Part shown: positions 50,690-62,745 of the stretch, piece after piece
Position numbering within the stretch: position 1 is the stretch's first letter
Layout of the letters: every line of letters starts with the position of its first letter
Assembly: GCF_963921235.1 (NCBI RefSeq)
Contig: NC_086097.1
Coordinates: 135,410,001 to 135,474,000, forward strand
Reading direction: 5' to 3'
Source of the DNA: Mobula hypostoma
Lineage: Eukaryota
Length of the DNA: 64,000 nt
Made by a program: the position numbers and the translations under genes
Notes under the pieces: generated by a model
The model's database searches: none
What the model was told of the DNA's origin: nothing
The model's input: only the letters and a program-made list of their open reading frames with translations

Positions 50690-52226
50690 TCCAGTACCTA
50701 GGAAGGGCTGACTGAGTCTTGAATGACCAGCGTCCAGTGGCCCTGACCTCACACATCATGAAGACTCACTTCCGACCCTTAGTCAGATCAGCCGTCAGTT
50801 CCCTGAAGTTTGCCTACCAGGAGCATATTGGAACCAACGATGCTGTCATCTACCTTCTGAAAGAAGCCTATTCCCATTTGGATAAGTGGGGCAGCACTGT
50901 GAGGATCAGGTTTTTTTTTTATTTCTCAAGCACCTTCAATACCATACAGCCCTCATTGCTGGGGTGAAAGCTCTGTTCAATGCAGGTTGGTACTTCCATT
51001 GTAAACTGGACAAAGGACTACCTGACCGGCAGACCACAGTTTGTGCAGCTTCAGAGCTGTGTGTCAGACATGGCCAGAAGCAGCACTGGGGCCCCACAGG
51101 GGACTGCATTGGCTCTTTTTCTATTTACACTGTATAACTTGGATTTTAGATACAACACTGAGTAGCGTCATCTGCAAAAATTCTCTGATGATTCAGCAAT
51201 AGTTGGGTGTACAAAGGGAGGACAGGAGGATGAATACAGGGGCATGGTAGAGGACTTTGTCAAATGGTGCAAGCTGAATCATCTGCAGCTCAGTAAGATA
51301 AAGGAGACAATGATGGACTTTAGGAAGACTAAGCCTGCACTGCTCCCTGTTACTATTGATGGTGACGACGTGGATGTGATGAGGACCTATAAGTACCTGG
51401 GGGTGCACCTAAATGACAAACTTGATTGGAGCACTAAAACAGAGGCTGTGTACAAGAAGGGTCAGAGTTGCCTCTACTTCCCGAGGAGACTGAGGTCCTT
51501 TGTGGAGTATGCAGGCCTCTCCCTCATGTGCTCTACCAATCAGTCTGTTGTCACCAGTACAATCTTCTACGCAGTGGTTTGCTGGGGCAATGGCATCAAC
51601 ATGGGTGATGCCAACAGGCTCAATAAACTGATTAGAAAGGCTGGTTCTGTTAAAGGAGTCAAACTGGGCATACTGGAAGCTGTGGTAGAACAAAGGTCCC
51701 TTTGGAAAGCCCTGGCAATTCTGGACAATGTTTCTCACCCTATGCATGCCAGAGCTGAGCAGAGGAATACTTTCTGTAATAGACTAAGCCAATCGCACTG
51801 ATCCAAAGAGCGCTGTATGAGCTCATTCTTACCCTCGGCTATTAGATTCTATAATGAGTCAACCTATAGCCAGGGAAGTGATGACCCCTCCTGTTAGACT
51901 GTTATTAACCTCCGTTTACCAGAGCTCTGTTTAGCACACCATGCTATCGCAGATACCTTGTGTAATACTATCATCAGTTCTTATCTGGACGGTGTGAATG
52001 TGCACCCATTACTGTTTAATATTAAGGTAATTGTTGTACTACCATCTTATTAGTGTGAACTTGTAAATCTTGTTAACTTTGACTTGTAGATCTTGTCCAC
52101 TTTATTTTTAAGATAACTTACTTATTCTTTCTTATTCCTTTTCTAATGGTGTATATCTGTGCACTTGTAATGCTACTGTGACACTGTAATTTCCTTTGGG
52201 GTCAATAAAGTATCTGTCCATCTGTT
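50690..52226 (+). mobile_element. 5'-truncated Rex1/Babar LINE (RT region to 3' tail), degenerate
   Basis: NDQRPVALTSHIMK, GAPQGTAL, KFSDDSAIVG and YKYLGVHL motifs. Tail AATAAAGTATCTGTCCATCTG. Confidence 0.85.
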
Positions 52227-52477
52227 TAATACCAGAACCTTATCCTCAAAGTGATCAATTACTACCTAATCTTCCACCTTTTTATAAAGTGAATAAGAAT
52301 ATTAGAAAAAAACTGCAGGTGTTGGAAATATAAAATAAAAACAGCAAATATTGGAAGTATTCAGCTGGTCAGGCAGAATCTGTAGAGAGAGAAAAAAAAA
52401 TCAATGTTTCAAGAACTTTCTGCAACACACAAAATGCAGAAGGAACTCAGCCAGTCAGACAGCATCTGGAAAAGAGT

Positions 52478-52479
<2 letters not shown>

Positions 52480-52511
<32 letters not shown>
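52480..52511 (+). repeat. (GATA)8 microsatellite, the retroelement tail
   Basis: Direct reading. Confidence 0.95.
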
Positions 52512-53050
52512 TACTTTATTAATCCCGAGGGAAATTTGGTTTCGTTACAGCCGCACCAACCAAGAATAGAGCGTAAATATAGCAATACAAAAACCACCAA
52601 CAATCAAACAACAAAATGCAAACTATGCCAGATGGAAAATAAGTCCAGGACCAGTCTATTGGCTCGGGATGTCTGATCCTCCACGGGAGGAGCTGCACGT
52701 TCGATGGCCACAGGCAGGAACGACCTCCCGTGCCGCCAGGTGTTGTATCACGGTGGAATGTGGCCGAAGTCCAACAGTAAAAAGTTCAATATCCAGTCTG
52801 CAAACACGTTCCTTGATTGTAATATACCTCGGATTGCACCATCCGTTGTCAGCCAGATCAGTAAGCACCCAACTCCTTTATGCTTACCGCTCTCAGTGAA
52901 CTTCCGGTCAGCTGGAACGGTATTACCCACTGAACTCCTCTTCTCCATAAGTCTCCGTTCTCTCGACCCGGTCCTCTTTCCTCGGCTTTGTGATTCCCCT
53001 CTGCATCCTCTGTGTGTTTTCCTCCGGATTTCAGCAGAGGTGTCTGCCGC
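52480..53050 (-). mobile_element. Internally deleted non-autonomous Rex1/Babar derivative with (TATC)n tail
   Basis: Endonuclease-like ESGKHKGVG / NGWCNPRYITIKERVCRLDIELFTVGLRP joined directly to the C-terminal RSFLPVAI. Followed by AATAAAGTATATCTATC repeats. Confidence 0.65.
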
Positions 53051-55574
53051 AGTCAATGTTTTGGGCCGAGACCCTTCATCAGGGTTGGGGGAAAAAAGAT
53101 AAGAACTTCTCATCTGTTTTTCCAGTTCCAATGAAGGGTCTCGGCCCAAAACATTGACCGTTTACTCTTTTCCATAGATGCTGCCTGACCTGCTGAGTTT
53201 TTCTAGCATTTTGTATGTGTTGCTTGGACTTCCAGCATCTGCAGATTTTCTCTTGCAAAGAACTTTCTGCATTTGCTTCACTTCACAAAGTTATCCTTTA
53301 AACTTATTAATATAATTTGCAAACTGTAGGGAGATTTACATGAACAAATTTTCAAGATCTATATTTGCTTAAATGCACTCCCATTGGTAAAAATGCAAAG
53401 CTTCCAGACTATTTCACATCTTACAAAAACAAGTCCTGAAATAATAGTTCTCCCTTCTTGCCACTCATTCTTTATCATTTGAGTCATCTTTCTTATTCAT
53501 CCTTTTCTCCTTTCTCTAAACTCAGTGGAATAATGCAGATTCATCACCTGAGAGAATGTATCTGGGCTTGCTTCCAATATAGCACTCAACATCTCACCCA
53601 TTTCTCCCTTAATTTTGTTTACTCTCCGATTTGGATTAATTCCTTCATCAAACCAAAAGGTGCTGGAAATACTCAATAGATCAGGCAGCATCTGTGAAAA
53701 GAGAAACAGGGTTTAAAACTGAAGAGTCTTTGCTTTGGACTGGATAGAATCAAATCTACTTTTCTTTCCATCAGCGCCACCCGATCAGCGGAGATTCTCC
53801 AACATTTTCTGTTTTTATTTCAGATTTCCAGTCTTTGCCGTTTTTCTTAGATCTTCTTTTATCAAAATATAACTAACTTCTGTTTATTAAACTTTTTTTT
53901 AAAAAAGTAATACACGAGGTTAAAAATAATTTGGGATAGGTGCTGCGAAGTATTGGTAATCTTAACCCTGGTACAGATATTATGGAGAAGCAACCAAAAG
54001 GAAAACCATACACCAGGGCTATGCTACAAGACAAGTCAATTAAAAAAATTCCATCTGACAGCCTATCAAATAACAAACCAGGTACAAACTCAGCAGTGTT
54101 CAGCTTGGGCAGCTGAAAGAATATTGAGGCAGAAATGACATTTTCCTTGTACAAAGTGCAATAGAAATCACTTTATTGAAGATACAAGAGAGATGGTTAA
54201 AATAAGAGGAAAGGACAGCATATGGCTACTTGTAGACAGTGTTGCATCATTGGTGTACACCACAAACAGGACAAGTTCAGTAGAATCTCAAAGCATGAGA
54301 AACAGAAAGCCCTCAAAAGCAAGACCTGCTTATGAGTATTACTCCATAAAAGTCAGAACCCCAAGGTAAAGAAAAGCCAAGAGTCACACAGGAAAGGGGA
54401 GATCCAAAACTGAGTAAGAGGAAGAAGGTTCATTAATACAATTGGCCTCAAGTAAATTTAAAAATAACCACCCTAGTGAAAAAAGAGCGACACAAGGAAA
54501 GGGAACTGAGTGAGCCAGCTAGTGAGTATGAGGGAAAGGTTCATTCATACCAGTCATCAAGTTAAAAAAAAGTCATTCCCGTGAATGCATAGTCAGAGAA
54601 ATTAACAAGGATAAAAAGGTTTCTTTTAAAAATTACAGGTTTTCTTTCTAAAAAAAAGGAAACTGAAGTAATATGCTATGAAGGATTTCAGTTTCATCTT
54701 GAAGTCTTAATGCCTCATAACTGGTGGATAAAGTCTGCACAGAAATTTTAGCCATGTAGTCATTTTAAATAGATAAAGCAACAGTGCAAGCTAGTCTATA
54801 AATGTTACTGAATGAGAATACTGTCTAACAATCACACATTACATCAAACACATCAGTTATTTACAATTGCATTTTGATAGAGGATCAAGAATGCATTAAG
54901 TTTCAGCATTCAGACACTTGAATTTGCAAGATGTTCTTGGTTCAAGAAGAATCAGCAACTCAAATTCAACATCAACAAGGCTCAAATTAAGCAGCATGAA
55001 TATATAAACATTGTCAAACCCTTACATTTTGTAACATTAAAAAATACACCTTTCCCCCCCGCAGAAATTAATTCAAGACAAGGGGACATAACAATTTATT
55101 ATTTGTCACATTGCACCTGGACTGAAGGGGCACGAGCCAACCACAGGTCTAGGGTCACATAAAGAGCAGACCGAATCTGGGCGGCCGACTGCCTTCCTTT
55201 TAAGTTCAGAATGAGCCAGGGAGTACTTAAGATAATCTGGTAAATTTGAGGTAACAGATACTAATGTTTTTCAATTAATTATTTAAAGTTAACACTATTT
55301 AGAAAGCTATGACCACACCAATATCTCTATTTTATTAGACATGGCACTCCAAATTCCAATCTCCCACTGTATTAACACAATCAAGATTGTGTTGGCGGTA
55401 AAAACTCAGGTCATGTGGAACGTGTGGTTTCACTTTGCTTCAAACGTGCAAGAATGCAAGCAGCTACAGGAAGCAGACACTTGTCCAATAAAGCATGACC
55501 ACATTCCTCCCCATGCTTGGTGTCACTATCGCAGAGGACACGTGCTGGACCCATTATATAAATACAATTGCGAA

Positions 55575-56610
55575 GAAAGCACCACAGCACCTCTAGTCTG
55601 TGGAGATTCAGCATGTCATTGAAAACCTTGGCAAACTTCCATGGATGTGTGGTGGAAAGTGTACTGACTGGCTGCATTACGGCTTGGTATGGGAGCACCA
55701 ATGTCTTTGAGTGGAAAATCCTGCAAAAGGTAGTGAATTTGGCCCAGTACCTCACAGATAAAACCCTCCCAACCACTGAGCACATCTACATGAAACGTTG
55801 CAGTAGAAAAGCAGCATCCATCGTCAAAGATCCTCACCACCCAGGCAGAGCTCTTTTCTGGCTGCTGCCATCAGGTAAAAGGTACGGACCATCAGGTTCA
55901 GGAACAGTTAGCACCCCCTCAGCCATTAGGTTCTTGAACACAAGGGGATAACTACACTCATTTAAGGACTCTTGTTATTTCTTCCTCGTTATTTATTGTT
56001 ATTTACCATCTCCATTTGCACAGTTTGTTTACAGTTTACTGTTCCTGATGTTTACAGTTTACAGATCCTGTTAACAGTTACTGTTCTATACATTTGCTAA
56101 GTATGCCTGCAGAAAAAGAATCGCAGGGTTGTACGTGGTGACATGTATGTAGTCTGATGATAGTTTTTTTACTTGCAACTTTATCTACAGAAAGCACTGC
56201 CCCAAGAAGGTCACATCAGTCAAAGATCTCCCCTTCCAGACCATGCTATCTCCCTGAAGCTATCACTGGGTAGAAGATACAGAAGCCTGAAGTACCACAC
56301 CACCAGGTTAAGGGCAGCTACCACCAGGTTAAGGGCAGCTACCTCCTTTCAACCATTCCGTTTCTGAAAGAACCAGCACAACCTTATTCACTACAGCAAC
56401 ACTGAGTCTTTGATCATTTTGCACTAAAATGGACCTTGCTTTATTTCTACTTTAATTGTGTTCTCTCTTGTAAAAGTTGTGCATAACTTGTGCTTTTCTT
56501 GTGAATGCTCCCTATGTGTTGCTGTGTCTCTGATGTCACTGCAGATACCTTTTTATTGCACCTCCTCTGCATATATGTAGTTGTGCATATGACAATACAC
56601 TTGACTTTTT
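55575..56610 (+). mobile_element. Two adjacent Rex1/Babar-type 3' remnants
   Basis: VESVLTGCITAWYG...KDPHHPGRALF.LLPSGKRY. The second copy carries a 21-bp tandem duplication at about 56300-56342. Confidence 0.75.
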
Positions 56611-59099
56611 AACCAATCACTTCAAATTTGGGTATGCTGATTATCAACCCTGGGAAGTGTTACTGGTTTAATCTTTCTCAAGGATTTCTTTAAATATTTC
56701 TATTACACCACCCATTGTTACCTCCAGATGACGAACCCCAGCTTCTCTAACCCATCCCAGTAACTGTAAACGCCTCACCCCAGGAAATCTGCAGTCAATT
56801 CTCACCCGCATGTCCTTGACAGCCTTCATTGCCTTCTTACATTTTAGCCCAAAACTGTTGGGCAGTATTTCATTTGCACCTGAGCTTGTGTTCTACAAAA
56901 GTTTAGCTTAAGTTCCTATGCATCCTGCCCATTTCCAAAGTCACTGAAACACACAGATTTTATTGACTGTAACGTTCATGTGTTCTGCCACCTTCAACGA
57001 TTCATGCAAGTACCGCCCCGAGCTTCAAATCTGTAACACCCTTTTATTCCTGCCAAGATCTACATACATCGGCTTAACAAGAGCAAAGGTTCAGTGTTAG
57101 CCTTGGAACATATCAGCAAGTACACTGGTACCTTGATGCTAAGTGATAGGCGAAAGGAGCAGTCTCAGACTTCTGTCTACTTGCAGCCAAACAAAGTCTG
57201 AGGAGTCCTGAAGGTCAGATACAAGGCTGGACTCAACATAGATCCATGGGCAGAGCACTGAGCTGCAGGACAGGGCTCCAAAGACTGCGCACCGGCCTTC
57301 AGATTCACACTACGAGGTGTACAAATGACAACCTCATGCATTTAAATAGGCCTACTGACTCCTTGGAAAAAGTTAAAATGCCAAGCTTTTGACCGTAAAT
57401 GTCTTTTTTTTCCACACAATTTGCATTTTAATGTGGTTTAAATAATTTTAACAAGGCACCTACCCTAGTCCTGAACTTGTCTGGTTGTCTGCATCCACAG
57501 AGGACAAGTGAGGCTGTGTGATGACCTTTGGCAGAACATCTGCTTTGTCAGTCAGATCCAAGACAGACCAGGTTACATGCTGCTGTACAGATTCATTATC
57601 TTCGATTGCAAGTGTTCAGTGATACCAACTTCACCTGCTCTTGAACAACCTGGCGGATTGCAACACCCAGTCCAATTTTCATGCACATGAAATGGTCTCT
57701 AATCTTTTCTCAGATTCAGTGATAAATTTAAACTGATGTCCACATTCCTTTTCCCCCCATTTATATTTCTCACACTATAGGAAATACTCTTTACCCTACA
57801 TAAACTCCAACTTTAAAAATCTCAAATGAATATTCTGCATTCTCCTGCACAATTGCAAATAATCCCACTGTAATTTAAAGGTCTGCCTTTCTATGTCAAA
57901 CCTTATCCATGATATTCAGTTTACCTTCAAGGAATACACAGAACATCTCTAACCCTGGCCTACATGTGTCTTATATAAAAGCACTATTGTTTACTTACTC
58001 TAAGCATTTATTTATGAGAAAAGATTGTTTGCTTTTTCTCCCCACAAAATTTTAACACTGCCTGCACTCAGGGAATTGTGCAATTAATTCTGAGGTCTCA
58101 ATTTTCATCCACGTCCTTCAATGTTTTTTTCATGAAGTGAATACCTCACCCACAATAAAATTCACATGCTCTCTTTTTCAAGCATACAAGTAGAAGGGCA
58201 TGCCAGCCTCGATCCTGCACTGTCATTCATCAAGATTGGCACACGTTGTGCCTCAGTGGCTTTCTCCTCTCCTATACCCACATCCGTCCAATCACTAACA
58301 GCCAGAAAGGTATTGTTCTGTTCTGAATGAAATCAAGGACCGAGTTTCCACATCCTTCTGGGATAGAGAAACCCAAATGTTCACCTCCCTCTGCCTGAAG
58401 ATGTGTTTCCTTATTTTAATCCTACACGATTGTTCTAAAATTGCTAACTCTGATTCCGGAATCTTCAGACAGGGAAAGCACTCTCCATTCAATCAACCTT
58501 TTCTAAAAATTTCAATCTTACTTACAGCCTGTCAATTATTTTAATTAATGTTCTCCTATATCTTGCTGTAAAATGATGATAGTTTAAATAGCACTGCATC
58601 AAATGGTCTGGACTCCCAGACTGCAGACGGTGTAGCTCTTGAGCAACACAAAGGGCTAGAGGAATTCAGCCGTTCAGGTAGCATCGCCTGGCCAAATCCC
58701 TCCATAGGCGCCGCCTGACCTGCTGCGTTGCTCCAGTGTTCTGCGTGTTGCTTCAAATTACATGTCTGATTAAGGGGAGCTTGCTGGTCATCAACTCTAC
58801 ATGCAAAATGTTTTCTACTTTTAGCCTTTGGCGCTTTCTACATTTTCCAGAGATTAGAAAAGTGCTCGAGCACAGAGGTTACTGCACTGTAACATATTTC
58901 ATCTCCAACTGCAGTCACCAGAGACAGCAGATGCTGGAATCTGGAGCAAGAAGAACAAGATGGTTGAGGCCCTTACAGAACATTGAAACAGTACAGCATA
59001 GGAAGACGCTCTTCAACCACAATGCTGTAATCAAATGGCTAATCTCTTCAACCTACACAATGTCTATATCCTTCCTTCCAGTACAGATCCCTACAGAAC

Positions 59100-60200
59100 A
59101 CCACTAGTCACCGACCTCCAGTGAGATAGAATAAGTCCCTTTGACCATGACCAAGCTCATCACTGAATCCAAATGGCCAATTTACTATGGATCCCCTGCA
59201 TGTTAATCTTGTGGATCAGCCTCCCATGAGGAACCTTGTCAAATGCCTCACTAAGTTCCATGCAGACAACATCCACAGCTCTACCTTCAACAACTACCCT
59301 CGTCACAGCGTCAAAAAAACCCAATCAAGACGGGATTCCCTTGCTCAAAGCTATGCTGGCTCTCCCCAGTTAGGCCATGCTCTTCCAAAGGCTCATAAAT
59401 CCTAAGAATCATCTCCAGTAATTTCCCTGCTACTGACATGAGACTTACTGGTCTATAGTTTCATTTGTGCAGCACTTGGGGAATGAAAATCAGCATGGCT
59501 CTGTGAGGGGTAGGTCTTGCCTCATGAGCCCAACTGAATTCTTTGAGGATGTGATAAGAAACATTGATGAAGGTAGAGCAATGGATATGTTGGATTTGTT
59601 TTCAGCAAGATGTTTGATAGGGACCCAAGGAAACTTGGCTGTGTGGATACAGAACGGGCTTGCCCGTTGAAGTGTGAGGGTGGTAACAGATGGAATGTAT
59701 TCTATCTGGAGGCTGGTGACCAGTGGTGTTTGAGTCCACTTCCACAAATTCCTCAAAGTTGCTGCACAAATTGATGGGGTTGTTAAGAAGGTGTATGGTG
59801 TTTTGGCCTTCATTTGTTGGGGATTGAGTTACGAAATAATGTGGCAGTTCTACAAAACTCTGGTTCGACCACACTTGGAATAGGGTGTTCAATTTTGATT
59901 GCCTCATTATAGGAAGGATATAGAAGCTTTAGAGAAGGTACTGAGGAGGCTTACTGGGATTATGTCTTGATTGCACAGCATGTCTTCTGAGGTTAATTTG
60001 AGTGAGGTAGGGCTTTTCTCTTTGGAGCAAAGAACAATGAATGGTGACTTGATAGAGGTGTACAAGATGATACCAGGCATAGATTTAGTGGATCGCCGGA
60101 GAATTTTTCCCAGGGCAGAAATGGTTAATACAGGGGGCATTATTTTAAGGTGAATGGAAGAAAGTATAGGAAAATGTCAGCAGTAAGTTCTTTCCTCATG
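59100..60200. mobile_element. Two CR1 RT fragments in opposite orientation (- 59100-59460, + 59465-60200)
   Basis: NYRPVSLMSVAGKLLE on the - strand and QHGSVRGRSCL...EFFEDV on the + strand. Confidence 0.75.
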
Positions 60201-60802
60201 GTGCAAGGTGTCTTCTTTTATACCCATCGTTAAGAATAATGCAAACTTTAACTTGCAATTACCAATTTCAGTCCAGGATTATTGCAGTCTTGATTTGTCA
60301 GTTCACAAACATGCAAATTGATTAGGTCCAAATATAATTTAAAATGTTACACTATGTTTCTATAATGAGGAAGTACACGTATCAACTCTTTCAAACATTC
60401 CGGGTATATGCTTGGAGTTTAGCAGGGCAGTGACAAAAAGAAAAACAATGTTGTGGTTTGCTTCATTGGTTAGACTTTATATTTTAGTCACAGAGATCAT
60501 CTCTAGAAACATGGCAAGTATGCAGAAAGCTTTTGCTAAATAGCAACAAGCAACTAGGTATGCAAAACTTGTCTAGACACTGCGAACCAAACATGAATCA
60601 GATGAAAGTAGAAGGTGATTGCTCACACCGTGATTCATTTTATAAAAATTTATATTCATATAAAAGCAAGACCAAGTAGCTGTTCTTAAATCTCCTGGGA
60701 CTGATTAGCAACGCAGGAGCAGAAGATCTCAAGTCAATAGCTGCAATTATGTAAATGCTTCACTGTCCTGTAAAGCCACAATTTTTTTTAAGAAAGGGGG
60801 AT

Positions 60803-61752
60803 ATTGGCGTGCCTCAAGGCTGTGTGCTGAGCCCTCTTCTGTACTCCCTTTTCACCTATGACTATGTTCTTGTACATGGTTCTAACTCCATAATCAAGTT
60901 TGCAGACGACACCACGGTGGTTGGCCTGATCAGAGGGGTTGACGAGACGGTCTACAGGGACGAGGTCCAGCACCTGGCTGCGTGGTGTGCCGATAACAAC
61001 CTGGCCCTTAACACCCAGAGGACCAAGGAGATTATTGTGGACTTCCGGCATGCTAGGAGCCATACTCACGTCCCCATCTACATCAACGGAGCTGTAGTGG
61101 AGCGTGTATTCCTTGGTGTCCACATTTCCGAGGATCTCTCCTGATTCCTGAACTCCTCCATCCTGATCAAAAAGGCGCAACAGCGGCTTTATTTCCTGCA
61201 GAGCATCATGAAAGCTCACCTCTGTCCCAGGATACTGACGGACTTTTACCGCTGTACCATTGAGAGTATACTCACCAACTGCATCTCAGTGTGGTACGGC
61301 AATTGTCCTGTATCGGACCACAAAGCACTCCAGCGTGTGGTGAAAACTGCCCAGTGGGTTACTGGCACCCAATTGCCCACTACTGAGAACATCTACCATA
61401 AACGCAGGGCGAAAAGCATTATCAAGGACGCATCTCACCCTAACCATGGACTTTTTACTCTCCTCCCATCCAGTAGGCACTACAGGAGCCTCGGCTCCTG
61501 CACCAGCAGGTACAGGGAGAGCTTCTTCCCTGAGGCTGTGACACTGCTGAACCTCTCAACACAGCGCTAAGCAGTATTGCATCCGTATTGTACTGTCTCA
61601 GTACTTTTATATTTGTGTGCTGTTGCACTTTTTATTCGCAGTTATTCTGTAAATAACACTATTCTTTGCATTTCTGGTTAGATGCTAACTGCATTTCACT
61701 GGCTTTGTATTTGTACTTGGCACAATGACAATAAAGTTGAATCTAATCTAAT
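60803..61752 (+). mobile_element. 5'-truncated Rex1/Babar LINE
   Basis: GVPQGCVLSPLLYSLFT, KFADDTTVVGLI and ESILTNCISVWYG. Tail AATAAAGTTGAATCTAATCTAAT. Confidence 0.88.
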
Positions 61753-62027
61753 AGAATCATTATTAATTCTTTTAAGATTTAAAAAAAGAGTGCAGTTTTA
61801 TGGTAAAATAGTTAGAGAATGTATTGAGGATATCGCTTTACGAGATCCTAGTGGAAGCAACCTGGATTCCTGAGAGTTGCAGGTACTATTACCAAAAGAG
61901 CCAAGGACAGCACTTTAGTATTGGCTTTGCTCTCACTGATCAACAACAGCTCTGACCCCCAGTCAGCCTCACCCAATCGCAGACTTCAATTTCTGCATTC
62001 ATCACCTCTTCAGCTCTCACTCTAGAG

Positions 62028-62109
62028 TAGGGGTTCCCAACCTTTTCTATGCCATGGACAGACCCCTACTATTAACTGAGGTCTGTGGATCCCAGGTTGG
62101 GAACCCCTG
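62028..62109. mobile_element. 82-bp hAT (Charlie-type) MITE with perfect 8-bp TSD
   Basis: TIRs TAGGGGTTCCCAACC / GGTTGGGAACCCCTG. TSD CTCTAGAG at 62020-62027 and 62110-62117. Confidence 0.9.
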
Positions 62110-62464
62110 CTCTAGAGGGCTTCAGGTCTTGCAAGTTACTGAACCATGAAACATATAATATACCAGGGTTGAAAATAATCTGATGCTCTTACTCTACAGT
62201 TCCTCATGAAAGAGGCAGTACCACCTCTGAGCCACAAGCAGTAGCAGGTTGTAAGGCAAGATCAACACACTGTGGTCACATGGGCTTATTGCATGCAAAA
62301 TGATTTACAGGCACCAGTCAAAACTGGATGCAAGCGAATGGTCTCCTCGCTCTGACCGTCACCCTTTCTCCATTAGTGATGCAAAAACCTTCTCCGAAGC
62401 AATTCCATTCTCCTTCCTCCCACTACACACTCCAGACAGCTGCCCTCCTCCCATCTCCAAATGA

Positions 62465-62745
62465 GCAAACGGCACCTTAGCACAGCGCTTAGCACAACGC
62501 TTTACAGTACCAGCGACCTGGGTCCAGTTTCCGCTGCTGTCTGTAAGGAGTTTGTATGTTCTCCCCGTGAACGCATGGGTTCCTCTGGGTGTTCCTGATT
62601 CCAAGGACCTACCATTTGGCAGGTTAACTGGTCATTGTAAACTGTCCTGTGATTAGGCTAGGATTAAATCGGAGGATTGCTGGGCGGCACAGCTCAAAGA
62701 GCTAAAAGGGCCGATTCCATGCTGTGTCTCAATTAATCAATAAAC
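62465..62745 (+). mobile_element. V-type SINE
   Basis: Same family as 22880-23108 (GTAAGGAGTTTGTATGTTCTCCCCGTGA...GTGATTAGGCTAGG). Confidence 0.75.

Larger units (their letters stand above)
52425..53257. mobile_element. PLE inverted pseudo-LTR element with 14-bp TSD, interrupted by a younger insertion
   Basis: TSD AAGAACTTTCTGCA at 52411-52424 and 53258-53271. Inverted decayed hammerheads at about 53051-53085 and 53128-53160. Confidence 0.85.

Noticed and set aside
59100..60200. Twin-priming inversion of a single CR1
   Set aside because: The two oppositely oriented pieces cover overlapping RT sequence and are diverged from each other, so they are more likely independent insertions.
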